This document shows, piece by piece, positions 50,561 to 62,879 of a DNA stretch of 64,000 nt (its first letter is position 1; each line of letters begins with the position of its first letter). Under the pieces are notes generated by a model. It was not told where the DNA came from. It searched no databases and saw nothing but the letters and a program-made list of their open reading frames with translations. Both the position numbers and the translations under genes were made by a program. Location of the stretch: NCBI GenBank assembly GCA_028534125.1, contig CM052816.1, positions 16,990,001-17,054,000 on the forward strand. The letters run 5' to 3'. The DNA comes from Lama glama (taxonomy: Eukaryota).

Positions 50561-53399
50561 TCAAAAAGTTACTTTAAAAGATTATTTTGTATATGAGTTA
50601 AATCTTTTATATGAAAACCTTAATAGTTCTCAAGATGAATAAAATACTGAAATTTAAAAAATAGAAAATTTCTGTTTTACAGATGGATAAACAGCAAAGA
50701 GACTGATTTTATATCTGAAAAAGTTTTCCCATTATTTAGTAAATCACACTGTATTTAGCTCTCTACTAGGTACATATTAGTACCAAGAACTTATTTTCGT
50801 CACCTCAGCATTACGAAGGTGCGTGCATTAAATGAAGGTCCAATCTTCACTGATGAGTAAGATTAATGCTCTTATCTTTCCTTTGTTTATAAAGGCTTCT
50901 GTTAACATGGCTAGGAGCAAACGGGAGGGGGTTACTGGATGGAGAAAAAGGAAGTGTAGTATGTATGCATGAACTTGACCTGAGTCGGTGTTCCCTAAGT
51001 GAGGGAGTAGGCTAATATGTGAGTAGACTCACTTTGGGGCCCTATAATAGAGCCAGCTTTGACTGGAAATGGAAATAATGAAGGATTTTTGAAATGGAAT
51101 GTAATAAAGGCAGGTTTAATGCACCAGCTCATAATCACATGGTACACTAAATAGATATTAATAGTAATGGTATTAAGAGTAACTTATTATCAGATTGATT
51201 TATTCATTCACCAGATAATTATCTTTCTCTTTCTAAATGCCAGAGATATATGAAGGAGCAAAACCCAAGCAGTCACTTGATGATGTTACAAAACTCTGTA
51301 AAATTAATAGACATCTCTGAATTATACACTTGAGAAGAGTGAATTTTATTATATGTAAATTATACCTTAATAAAGCTGTTTTCTTTTTTTAATTAAAAAC
51401 AACTCGTCAGTGAACTCTAGGGAACTTAAATTCTCATGGGAGAGAGTTTAAACAAACATAGAAAGCAGTACATAATAAAATTTACCATGAATATTTTAGA
51501 GCCAGGGAATAATATGCCCTAAGGAAAATTAACAGGGGACATCATTAGATTGGATGGGTTGGAGAAGGTCCGCCCAAGAATGGGACCTTGAGTAAGAGCA
51601 GAAGATGAGTAGGAGGAAGTGAGGAAGAGTGTTTGAGATAAATGAACCTGTATGTATAAAAGTCTTAGACTGAAGAAGATGAAGTGGGTTGACAAGATAA
51701 TTTAATGAAATTTGTTGGATTTCTACTAGAGAAGGAAATACCCCAAATCTTTTTGGTCAGGTTTTTGCCTAGCTCTAGTGTATGCTATCTTTTCTTTTGT
51801 ATATGACATATAGCAATTCTTACCTCTTTGTTTTTAAACAGTTTTCAGAGGGATGTGTGTCTGGTTTCTATTATTGCCCTTTTCTGGAATAGAAAAACTT
51901 ATTTACTTAAAGTGTGTATTTTTGCTTTTGTGAATCAATCAATTTCCATATAATTGAAAAGGAAAAGTAAAAATAAAACCAGAAAACCCTAGGTGATTGA
52001 TGTAGTAGATGCTTAATATTTTGGGGGGAAGTTGGGGGTGGAGGTACATTTTGGCCTTAATTTTGAATAAACAATCACAGTGGATTAAAAATTTGGAAAG
52101 GTGAATGAACTCAAATTTAGGATCAGGTAAGATGAGAGTATTTTTAAAAGAAAAGCAGACCATATTGTGGTTGGTTGAGAATCTCTTTTGAAACTAATAA
52201 TTTCAAAAGACATTTTTTTCTGTTAAGGAGTATTCTAGTATTTGAATAATGATTTTTGACTAGCAGGTACAGAGTATTTAAGTGTTTTATGAATTACCTT
52301 TATGAAGTATCACTTCATACATTTTAAGGAAATTTCAAATAATATTTTCAGTGTTGGCTGTTGTCATTATTGCCTGAAAGAGCATCAGCCTAAAAGGCAG
52401 CAGACTTCTAGTGAGTTCTTCTCACTAGTTTAGTGACCTACTCATTAGTTCAGTGACTTTTAAACCAGTTTCTTCAGTTTTCTGAAATTTTTTTTTTTTT
52501 TTGGTTACTCTTCTGAGAAAGGGAATGATAATCTGCCTTGCTTATCTCACAGTGGATGATTATGAGGATTCAGTTGGATAGTGAACTGGAAAATATACTA
52601 GAAATGTTAGCATCATTTCAGATATTGGAGTTCTGTTGTGTAGTGTTCAGAACCCAGGAAACAAAGATGAAGCATATTTTGCTCTCAGAGTTCACAATCT
52701 AGTGGAGAATTCAGATACAAAAAATAAGTATAGTCAGTACCTTTTTTGTTCAAGCGCCAGCTTCTGTTTTTTTCCCTCTCAGAGCAGTTTTTACACAAGT
52801 CTGTGCGAAAAGAGATATATTCTGATCTCAAGGGACCCATTTGGCTAGAACAAGTTGTGGAATTAGCCCCAATGCCCCTTACGTAAAAAAATGAAGTGTG
52901 TTGTAGTTCTGTATTAAAGAGCAACAAGAAATGATAAGCTGTCTTCTTAAGACCTTACTGTTTAGTAGGCCCTAGATGTGCATGTTTTCACTGGAGAAGA
53001 GGTGAAAGGTTATAGAATAGAGAAGTCTTGAAGAGTTGGCATTTATCAAAATTGAGATTATATGCATGCATATAATTGACTAGAATATTTGTTCTCTATT
53101 ATGCATTTATGCTTTCTCAGATATTTTATGACACTTTCTAAATTGTAGAGCTCGTTTTTTCTTTTTTTAAAGGGGTCAGGCATTGTATTGATACACAGTG
53201 GGAAGAGCTAATTTAATACATACTCACTTTGATTTAATAGAAAATCATGCTAAAGTAGCGACCGGTGACATTGGAGTGCATGTAGGGGAAGGGAACTTGT
53301 TGGGAGCTTGTTCTAGAACATTACAGGCCTACCCCTTTCTCAGGTGACAGCATTTAAAGTGTCACATTTTCTTGTACTTTCATGAGTAGAATTTTAGAG

Positions 53400-53540
53400 G
53401 GTCCTCCCCCCCTTTTTGGGAGGGGGTGGGTAATTAGATTTATTTATTTATTTATTTTGATGGAGGTATTGGGGATTAAACCTTGGACCTCATTCATGCT
53501 AAGCACTTACTTTACCACTAAGCTGTATTCTCTCCCCTAC
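53400..53540 (-). mobile_element. Camelid-type tRNA-derived SINE
   Basis: Similar to the copies at 25180 and 56485; flanked by catgagtagaatt and catgagtgggatt. Confidence 0.8.
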
Positions 53541-54031
53541 ATGAGTGGGATTAAACATCCCTCTACCACTTACTCTTAACTGTTTTTCATGCATTGATAT
53601 GTGAACCCTGTAGAACTCTAGATCTGACTACTGACAGACATCTCAAAAGGTCATCCTTTGGGGAAGTTTCTTCATCTATTTGGAGACTAACTCCAGGTAC
53701 CTCTTGGTTTCCTTGGCTTTTTGAATCAGAATTGTGACTGATTTCCAAGTAAATGTGAGACTAAGTCTTTTTGTCCTTGAAATATTGCTTATTTTAATGT
53801 TCTTGTTTCTTAAGACATAAATTGCTTTCATTAGGAATATTTGCAGTTAGATCCAGTAGCACATTCTAGCATCACGGTTTATAAATTCTGAAATTTAGCT
53901 GAGTGACTTACGGCTCACAGTACATGTATAAAAGGGGAATAGTGCCTAATTCATAGCATTCTTCTAGGTATGAGAAATAACTTGTGAAGTACTTACAGAT
54001 ATTCCATAAATGATAGTTGCTTTCCCTTCTT

Positions 54032-54136
54032 TCTTAAAAAATCATAGTTGATTTACAACATTATTAGTTTCAGGTGTACAACATAGTGATTCAATTTATT
54101 TTTATAGATTGTATTCCATTTAAAGTTACTATAAAA
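54032..54136 (-). mobile_element. Short L1 3' tail
   Basis: atagttgatttacaacattattagtttcaggtgtacaacatagtgattca, with TSD tgctttccct(t/c)ctt at 54018 and 54137. Confidence 0.75.
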
Positions 54137-55015
54137 TGCTTTCCCTCCTTGATTTGAATTATCTTTGGTTATTGTTAGAAGTAGATATGGCAGCCATTTT
54201 TGATGTTTTATTTAGTTTTTAATCATTTAAGGAGATGTCCCCTTGTTTATCTTCTTAACTTTGAATAGCCAGTAGTACTTACTGCTTCTTTGTGTCTTTA
54301 TTCAACATGTATTTTAAAACTTAAATTATGTGTTTGGGATTTTACAAGGCCTTTGGTGTTAAAAAATGAAATGGCAGGGTCCCTGCCTACAAGGATCCTC
54401 CTTTTTGAGAGACAGACATATTTTTAAATTCTATGGGATGATTGTAAAAAAGGTAAGAGATACTTGAGTAAAAGAGAGAAACTGTTTGCCTCAGGAAGTC
54501 AGAAAAAGTTTGACAGAGGAACTTTGAGTTGAGACTTGATGCTTGGTGGAAGTTTAGTGAACAAGATGGGGTTGGTCATGGTGTTGAGTTAGGGCTCCAA
54601 GCACAGAAAACAATGTGCACAGCTTGGGAGGTGTGGACTGTGAATTTCAAGTAGTTAAGTTTTGTCAGAGAGTAAAGTGAGGTGGAGTGGCAGGAAAGGA
54701 GATTTTACTGGTAGATGAAGTACTTGTAGGCTGTACATTATATAGTTTACAGTTTGTCCTGTATGTCAGAGGTTTTTAAAACTTCATATATATTTATAAT
54801 CACCTGAAGAGATTTTTAAACATTCAGAGGTCAGGCCAGGCTCTCATGAATGCTAGATTGGGGTTGTGGCTGTATATTGAATATCTGTATATTGAACAAA
54901 CCCCTCTCTATCCCCAGATGAAGTGGCAGAACTGGTGCTCTAGGTCACTGGTACTGATCTCAAAAGTGAGGTGCTGGCACTTTGGATGGGTAGGACAACC
55001 TATTAAAATGTGTGT

Positions 55016-55064
<49 letters not shown>

Positions 55065-55072
55065 AAGTAGTA
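55016..55072 (+). repeat. (GTA)n microsatellite
   Basis: Long gtagtagta run with one interruption. Confidence 0.95.
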
Positions 55073-55634
55073 TTAAAATTTATGTTTCTGTTTACTTTTT
55101 ATTATTTTTTGTGTTTGTTTATTATATGTATAATATTCTAGTATGTTAATCACTCTTCTACTTTAGAAATACATATACATATATGAGGGATGTGCTCATA
55201 ATTTTTTTCCTGATCAAGAAATTTGGAGCCCAAAGCTGTAGACATTGAAAAACAGGAATTTTGTGCAGAGGAATTCAAGTTAGATTTTAGCATTGAAGAT
55301 ATCAGTGAGGAGAAAAGATGAGGGGTCTTAGAAGGGTTTTTATTGCCTTCTGGCTTTCTTACTTTTGATTTGAAATCTTGAAATCATGGAGGTTATAAAA
55401 TAATTGTGGCCATGAAACTCTTTTGAGAATTTCTCAAAATTGGCCAGGCTATTTACCAATAGATTATCTCTAGGGACAACCAGTTTTTGCCTGAATACTT
55501 TGAATAAAAGAGGGATAAATGAGCTGTCTCAAGGTGAAATGTTTTACATTTAGTGGGCTGTAGTCTGTAGAATATATGTGTTATATCTAGTACCATAATT
55601 TGGCCAGTGTGGTTTTATATAAAATGTATTTGAT

Positions 55635-55680
55635 GACACAACATTGTAAAATGACTATAACTCAATAAAAAAATATAAAA
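55635..55680 (+). mobile_element. Ultra-short L1 3' tail insertion
   Basis: gacacaacattgtaaaatgactataactcaataaaaaaa, with a perfect 16-bp TSD ataaaatgtatttgat at 55619-55634 and 55681-55696. Confidence 0.85.
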
Positions 55681-56484
55681 ATAAAATGTATTTGATTTCA
55701 TTGCTCATTGTAGTTTTATGGAGTCATCATGGAGGAGGATTGTTCCCCTCAAGAAATATTTTAAAAGTGCACACAGATGAACAAATCCTCAGACATAGGG
55801 GTAATAATTGTTTCAGTAAATACTTTATAGTGTTTTTTTGACTCTTTTTTTTTTTCCCAGGCAAAGAAGTTCCTAAACTTTTGAGTATTGAGCTCTCTTT
55901 AATTTAAAACCTTTCTAGTCCAGAATTCTCTTTTGTTGTATATACTTTGATAAATTACTTAAGGGCAAAGTCAGTATGAATTTAATAATAGATTTAAATG
56001 ATTTGGTATTTTCCTGATTGAAGTAGCATCTGTGAACATTTGACAGAACGTTTATGTGTGTTGAGGGTTTGTTTAGCCTTTTTGTTTGCTTGGTAGTGTT
56101 AAGGATTCAGACAGATGAATACCTTGTCAGGAGGAAACTACTGATTTAGCATAGTGGCAACTTTTGTAGTATCATCCTCCTTCAGTTAGAATGAAATAAG
56201 TGCCTTTTCCTTTGCTTCAGTAAATTGCTTAGAGCTCACTAATGAAAAGCTCAATGTATGGAGGAGAGGTAGATTTATTTTCCTTAAGCTTTGGTTCATT
56301 GACTTAGACACAGCAACCATCTACAAACTTAAATCTGTTCTCAAAGTTTACCATCTGTATTGAAACCTGACTCCCTCTTGGCTTTTCCCTTTTTATACTA
56401 ATGATAGGGCTTTTTTTTTTTTTTTTTGGCTGTAGCAATTATTGAAGATTATTGAGATAGCTCTTTAAAACTTTTCTGTGTGTT

Positions 56485-56621
56485 GGGGGAGGGTATAGCA
56501 CAGTGGTAGAGTGCGTGCTTAGCATGCAACAGGTCCTGGGGTCAATCCCCAGTACCTCCATTACAATAAACAAACAAACCTAATTTCCTTCCTCTTACCA
56601 AAAATAAATAAATAAATAAAT
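56485..56621 (+). mobile_element. Camelid-type tRNA-derived SINE (Vic-1-like), full length
   Basis: A box tagcacagtgg, B-box-like gggtcaatccc, (AAAT)n tail, and TSD aaacttttct(g/a)tgtg at 56468-56482 and 56622-56636. Confidence 0.9.
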
Positions 56622-57618
56622 AAACTTTTCTATGTGAATTGTATCCGTATTTTGTCAAAAGAATTTTGGGCAAAATTGGCTTTTCTGTTTCCTATTCAGT
56701 TTGAAGGTAGAATATTTCACATGAAAATGAGAGTTTATTTTGGTAGAGGCTGCTCTGACTATAATTTGTTTTACTTGTAAAATGATGAGCGTTTATTGGT
56801 ATATTGCAGATCTACTCTTAAACCATTATAGTATTTTGTAAAATTATTTGCTTTGAAAAGAGTTTCAACCAGTGTCTAAAATTCATGTCTTCCAGTGCTT
56901 TATTCTGTTGTTGTTGTTTTTTTTTTTTAAGTTATACTGTCTGGAAAATGTAGTAATTTCTGGATGTGCTAGATAGCATAGAAAAGCCAAACAGGATTGG
57001 TTCGTGTGAGATATGGTTAAAAGAAATTTTTTATTTTCCTTTTTTGGATGGAAAAGTTTACTTTATAATAAAATGACTTACTATTCAATAGTTAATCTAT
57101 TAAAATGATGTTATGCCTTTATTTGTATGATTTTTTATTTTAATTTTTTCAGCTTTATTGAAGTATAATTTATATACAGTCACATTCACCAATTTAAGAT
57201 GTCCAGTTTAATAAGTTTTGGCAAGTGTTTTAAGCATGTAATCACCACTACCACAATCATGACATAGAACATATTCATCACCCCCAAAAGTTCTCAGTGC
57301 TTTTTAATTTTCTCATCAGTGAAATGGATGTAATGAAGGTATCTGCTTCATAGGATTGTTGTAAGGATTAAATGAATTAATACCTTTAACACCCCTAAAA
57401 TAGTTCCTGGCATACTGCAGTATCTCAGTTAACGCTATCCTGATATTATCCATAGTATTAATATTGGTGTTCTACCCTTAAAAAAAAAACCCTCACTACT
57501 AATTTTATTAGCTGTCTAAAAGTTAAAGATTCTTTGCTATTAAGAAAGGTATGCTTGTTACTATCATATATGTATATGTAACCATATGTATATGAATGGA
57601 GTGTAAAAGTATTTTGAG

Positions 57619-57713
57619 ACTGAAGCATTGTGTTGTACACTAGAAATTGACACAACATTGTAAACTGACTATACTTCAATAAAAAAAATTTTTTTAAGTT
57701 AACAGCTGAAAAA
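57619..57713 (+). mobile_element. Short L1 3' tail with extra 3' sequence
   Basis: L1 terminus plus two A-tracts; perfect TSD aaaagtattttgag at 57605-57618 and 57714-57727. Confidence 0.85.
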
Positions 57714-58171
57714 AAAAGTATTTTGAGCTTTAGCAGAACTCAGGTTGATAGCTAGTATGTAAAGGTACACCTTCCTGCATGTACCTATTACCCAGCTTAA
57801 TTGGTGTTTAATTCCATTATTTTTTATCACTCTTGTCTCATGGTAAAGTATGTGATAAAAAATTCTTGATTGTTTTTTATTTGTTATAAATACCACCATG
57901 GTAGGCCAGTGTCATTTGTATTTTAAATGACTTTGTTGTTTTGATTTGTAATAAAATTGTGCTTTTAGAAATTCTTTCTTTTTTTTTTTTTTAGGGTCTA
58001 AACATTGTATTCTTTTGGGTCAAGTCTTATTTATTAACCATTTTCTTTGCATTTTTTTCATTCTATCTGTTAAGACATATCATCAGATCTCTGGGACATT
58101 TTTCTGTGGTACCTGCTACTATTTTCTTTTCCATTTGTCTTTTCTTTAAAAATTGGATATTAGAGTTCAGA

Positions 58172-58568
58172 TGTTGTGTTAGTTTCCCAGGGCTTCCATG
58201 ACAAATTACACCAAATGGGGTGACTTTAGAACAAGAGACAAGTCACAGGTCAAGAGGCCAGAAGTCTAAAGTCAAGATGTGGGCAGGGTGATGTCACCTC
58301 TGAAGGTTCTAGAGGAGAATTCTTCTTGTGTTTTCCATCTTGGTGGCTCCTGGTATTTCTTGTCTTGTGACAGCGTAACTCCAGTTTCTGCCTTTGTCTT
58401 CACATGACTTTCTTCTCCTTTGTGCATCTCAGTGTGTCCTGTCCCCCTCTTCAGAGGACACCAATCATTGGGTTAAGGACTCCTCTAAATCAAGGTGATT
58501 TCATCAGGTCCACCTGAGGTTTTAGGTGGACATGAGTTTTGGGGGGACACTATTCAAACCTACTACAC
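58172..58568 (-). mobile_element. MLT1-type MaLR solo LTR
   Basis: tgtgttagtttcccagggcttccatgacaaattacacc...ggccagaagtctaaagtcaagatgtgggcaggg...ggggggacactattcaaacctactaca. Confidence 0.85.
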
Positions 58569-58869
58569 ACATAAAGAGAATATTTATGTAATTTAAGCTC
58601 TGAAGAGGGGCAAGAAACAGGACTAAATGACAAAAACAACTTTGTGTTTTGTGGAAATGTTATTTTAGGGCCGCTCTCTAGTCTGAATGCCTTTAACAGT
58701 GTCTCAAGTGAATAATCGTTGGCTACTAGGGCTTGGCGAGGGCACATTTAGTACCTTTTAGCAAGCTATGAATAAATGACCTCCTAAAATATAAGTCTCC
58801 ATGCTCAGTTTGAGTGATAAAATGTGAGATTCTGTGGTACTTTAAATTGTCAGAATTTATGTAGAGTGA

Positions 58870-59085
58870 TGGTACAGTATAATGATAAAGAGCAAGGACT
58901 TCAGGAGTTACACTCTCTGGATTCAAATACTGTTTCTGACCCTTAATGGACTGTGGGTAAATTGGTGAGCCTCTATGCAATGTCTCATAAAAATAAGAGT
59001 TAAAATAATAATACCCTATCAATACATGTGAAGTGCATAGAAATATCTGGGACATAATCATTGCTTATTCAATTTTAACTGCTGC
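58870..59085 (+). mobile_element. MIR SINE
   Basis: taaagagcaaggacttcaggagttacactctctggattcaaatactg...tctcataaaaataagagttaaaataataatacc. Confidence 0.65.
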
Positions 59086-60299
59086 TGTTTTCATCATCGT
59101 CATTGATGCCCCTTTTCAGGAGAAAGACACATCACCTGAAAGATACATCCCTTTGTTTTTCTAGTAGTAAGGATGAGTTTGTACTGATGAATTCATGGAT
59201 TCCTACCCAGCGTTGCCTTAGGAAAGGTGTGCTTTTCAGATTGTCTAGTTAGTGGTTGGGAGTAGTAGAGAACACAGGATGAGATAACTGTTTCCTTGTT
59301 TCACTAACAAGTACAGTAAACACTGAATAGCCATTTTAGTGATGTATAAAACTTGCTACTGACATACTTTTCTTGTAAGTCTTCATTTATTATACATCAA
59401 GCAGATCTCCTTCTCCTTTATGTCACCAGGGTATCAACCTGACTTTTAATGTAGGTTCATTAAACATCTTATCCCTGGAGTTAACCTCTCTAAAGGATCT
59501 TATATGACTTTGAAGTTGTTTTTCAGATGAATAGACTACATGTTTTAGCAGGCATTTCAGGATGTTTTGGAAGTAATCATCTACTTAAGATTTGTTGTGG
59601 GAATGTGGTTTTCCTTCCTTCGGTTTTTAATGTTCCTCCTGGAGGTGTATATTACTATTAAGAAGTTTTTAAAAACCTCACTGAATGATAATACTCTTCT
59701 GCTTACCGGAACCCTCTTGAGCAGAGTCCTGCAATTTATTGAACTTATTAAAAGATTTTAATAGATTATTAGAAGTAGTAGAATGATGATGTGACCAAAT
59801 ATTAAACACCTTGCCAAACAGGTTTCCCCTGCTCTCCTGTCTCTTCCCAGTCTTATTTTGCTGGTCTTTTAACATTACGCAAAGAAAAGAAGGGAAACTG
59901 ATTCTCTTTCTAATAATGCATGTTTTCTCTTAGTGAAACATTAGCAGATGTCTAGGTATTAATACTATTTTATATAAGGAAACCTAGGCTTAGAGACATA
60001 AAAGTTGTTCAGGGTCACATCTGCAGAATGATGGAGTTGATATTTGGATATGTACCTTTCTAGTTCTGTTAACTGCTCTTTTCCAACATGTGCTATTGCC
60101 TCTCCAAATTAGAAAGCTTAGGCAGCTATGCTTGCTAACAGTGTTTGTTGTATTCAAAGAAAAAAGTACAGTTTCAAGAATAAAAAATAGAATAAAATGT
60201 AGAAGAATAAAGTGTAGTTCCAAGCTTAAACTCATGTCTTCCATGCTGATCTAAAAGTGCTTCCATGTTTAGTTCTGAGTATATGAGGGTGGAATGGGG

Positions 60300-60347
60300 G
60301 TGTGTGTGTGTGCGCGCGCGTGCGTGTTCGCACACGTGCATGTGCAC
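60300..60347 (+). repeat. (TG)n(CG)n alternating purine-pyrimidine tract
   Basis: gtgtgtgtgtgtgcgcgcgcgtgcgtgttcgcacacgtgcatgtgcac. Confidence 0.85.
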
Positions 60348-60651
60348 AAAGGAAGGATCCATTCAGGAAAAATGGATGATTAGAATGGTGTAATCCCTGA
60401 AGATGTGTACTGTCAAAGATTCTTCTGTGCAATTGCTTTGTTTATTTTTAGAAAGAATCTTGACCAAGTTAGCCATCATAATTTGAGACCTTGTGTAAGA
60501 TTTTTGCCTCTAACTAGATCACACACAGATTTTTAGGCAGAAGAATGCTTTTCAGTATATGTACTTTCCTAAATGGGCTTCACTGCTTGTTCTAGTCTCT
60601 TCTCAGTTAAAGATGTTGTGGGAAATTTAAAGAATTTTTTTTTTCTTCTAG

Positions 60652-60819
60652 ATTAACTGCTGAAGTACTGATCGAGTTCTGCGTTTCTTCAATGAGGAAC
60701 TACAGGCTGATCTTCTGCCATAATCTCAAACAGCCATAAATGACAAAAGAATGCTTGCTCAGTGAGGGTAGCTGGTGCAGAAGCCATTTTTTAAACTTAG
60801 GTGTTTTAAGTACTCAAAG
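60652..60819 (+). other. FAM13B: FAM13B 5' UTR exon (168 nt) containing upstream ATGs
   Basis: Strong acceptor ttttttttttcttctag| and consensus donor AAG|GTAAGT; non-repetitive sequence 1.2 kb before the first coding exon. Confidence 0.8.
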
Positions 60820-62076
60820 GTAAGTTTTCCCAATGATGACTGTCCCTTGCTGTATACATCCATAGAGATTTCAGAGTTTATCTCCTGTTGCTGCTGTTGG
60901 ATTATTAACTTGATGTTTTGTAGTTATTAGCTGGCATCAGATGTGTTAAGGAATGGATTTTGCTTGTCTAAACTATTTAAATCTGGCATTTTGCTGCCTC
61001 TAAGTTAATTTCTAACATTTCCATAAGTTGGGTAGATTTGTTTCCCAGGGGGTACACCTATTATACATATGGGCCTTATTTGTGCCAACTTTAGAATATT
61101 GAATTTTTTTTTTTTTTTTTTTTTTTGCTGTCTTATCTTTCTCTTGTAGTGTGAAAGGGATTATTTCTCTGGGGTAATGAAAAAAGCCCAGTTGATATAG
61201 TTTTGTTCATTATCAACTTTTGAAAAAGTTTTTCTTTCCTTTTAAAAATACTTCTTTCCCCCTGTAAAATAATAAAGGATAATTTCAGAAAATGGAAGTT
61301 TCCTTGGAATTACTTGTTCTCTGATGCTTCAGAAATTGGAAACACTGTTTTCTCCCACTGCTTCTTTACTGACTATAATTCCTACAAAGTTCAGACAAAT
61401 AATGTATTTCTTCTCAACTAGACTGTCTGTGGAAATTTTCTTTTAAATAATTATGAAACAGCAGGATTGATCAAAGAACATTTTCACTGAAAGTTGATGC
61501 CTAGAACTGAAAATTTTCCTTTGTTTATAAAAACATATTAAGGTGCTCTGTCATGTAGAAATAAGAAATGGTTAATGTTCTTATTAGCCTATCATTTTAT
61601 AAAAAATGACTCTTGGATGAGTGCTTATGAATTGAAGGGTGAGATGAGCTTCATATAGCAGAGTCCAGAAATGGTTAAGTTTGGCTTTTTACTTGTGTCA
61701 TTAATAAGTTTGGTCAGTAAAGATCTCATTGGAGCAAAATTTGCCCCTTAATTTGTCTTTGGGACATTAATGTCCTCTGCTAAGTTTAATAGTCAGTTTT
61801 GCCATTGTTTGATAAATGTGTAGACACTGAAAGGAGCATTCAGAACTAACTTTACTTGGTGGAGAAAATGCTTAGATGATTGTATTGCGCTTTAGTTTTA
61901 GAACACACTATGGGCCTGATAACTGAACATATTTAATAGATGAGAACACATTCAGGTGTAAAGCCTTTTTCTTTAATGTATTTAGTCATATTGCCACCTG
62001 TTAATCATTATAGTCTTTTTTTTTTTCCTTTCATTTGGCAGAAAAGACAGCTTTGATTTCTGGCTGCAAAAAAGAT

Positions 62077-62233
62077 ATGAGGAAGAGCTCCTCCCCTTCC
62101 TTGAGTAACTGCAACTCCGTTCTTGCTAACAAAATATTTGGAATTCCACTTGATGAGCTGCAGCAGGGAGGACATCCAGACAATGAGGTTCCGTTCATAG
62201 TCCGCCACGTAGTGGACTATATTGAGGAACATG
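62077..62233 (+). CDS. FAM13B: FAM13B first coding exon (exon starts at 62042), start of RhoGAP domain
   Basis: Acceptor ttttttcctttcatttggcag|; encodes [52 protein letters not shown](G) with the FGxPL and VPxIV RhoGAP motifs; donor ATG|GTATAC. Confidence 0.95.
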
Positions 62234-62666
62234 GTATACATTTCCTTACTTTGAGGGCTAGCCTTTGTTTTAATAAACACAACTTATCCCTTTTTGACCT
62301 TGGATTTTTTTTTTTAAGTATTCAGAGTCCAAAATACAGTGAGGAAAAACAATAGAAATTCTTTTTAACATTTTAGTGTATCTTTTACTTAAAGTCATAT
62401 ACTTACAAATGCTCAGCTTAGACCATTTTTTAGTGGGAGGGGGCGATAGGAATATTTTTAATGGATACTAGGGGGTTGGATAAAACAGAATATCCTTCAG
62501 GATAGAGAGAGTATGTTTTTAGATGTATTATTTGCACATGTTTAGCCATCAGGGGAGCCAAGAATGGCTTTCCAAAACTATGAATATTAAGTTGATTGGA
62601 GAATGAATATTTATGGCCAGGTATTGAAGTTGAAGCTTATTTAACTTTTGCCTTGAACTAATATAG

Positions 62667-62879
62667 GAGGTCTGGAGCAACAAGGACTTTTTCAAGTCAA
62701 TGGAAATGCTGAGACAGTGGAGTGGCTTCGGCAGAGATACGACAGTGGAGAAGAGGTGGATTTGGTTAAGGAAGCAGATGTTCCCTCAGCTATTAGTCTT
62801 CTTAGGTTTTTCCTTCAAGAACTTCCTGAACCCGTTATCCCTGGCAGTTTGCATATTCACTTGATGCAGCTTTCTCAAG
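62667..62879 (+). CDS. FAM13B: FAM13B second coding exon, RhoGAP domain; gene continues past the window
   Basis: 213 nt, phase-compatible with the previous exon. Encodes (G)[70 protein letters not shown]; donor AAG|GTAACA. Confidence 0.95.

Noticed and set aside
56485..56560. tRNA-like sequence
   Set aside because: It is the head of a SINE, with a SINE body, (AAAT)n tail and TSD, and degenerate stems.
62035..62355. 106-aa ORF as given in the ORF track
   Set aside because: Only 62077-62233 is coding; the TTG start is intronic and the tail reads into the next intron.
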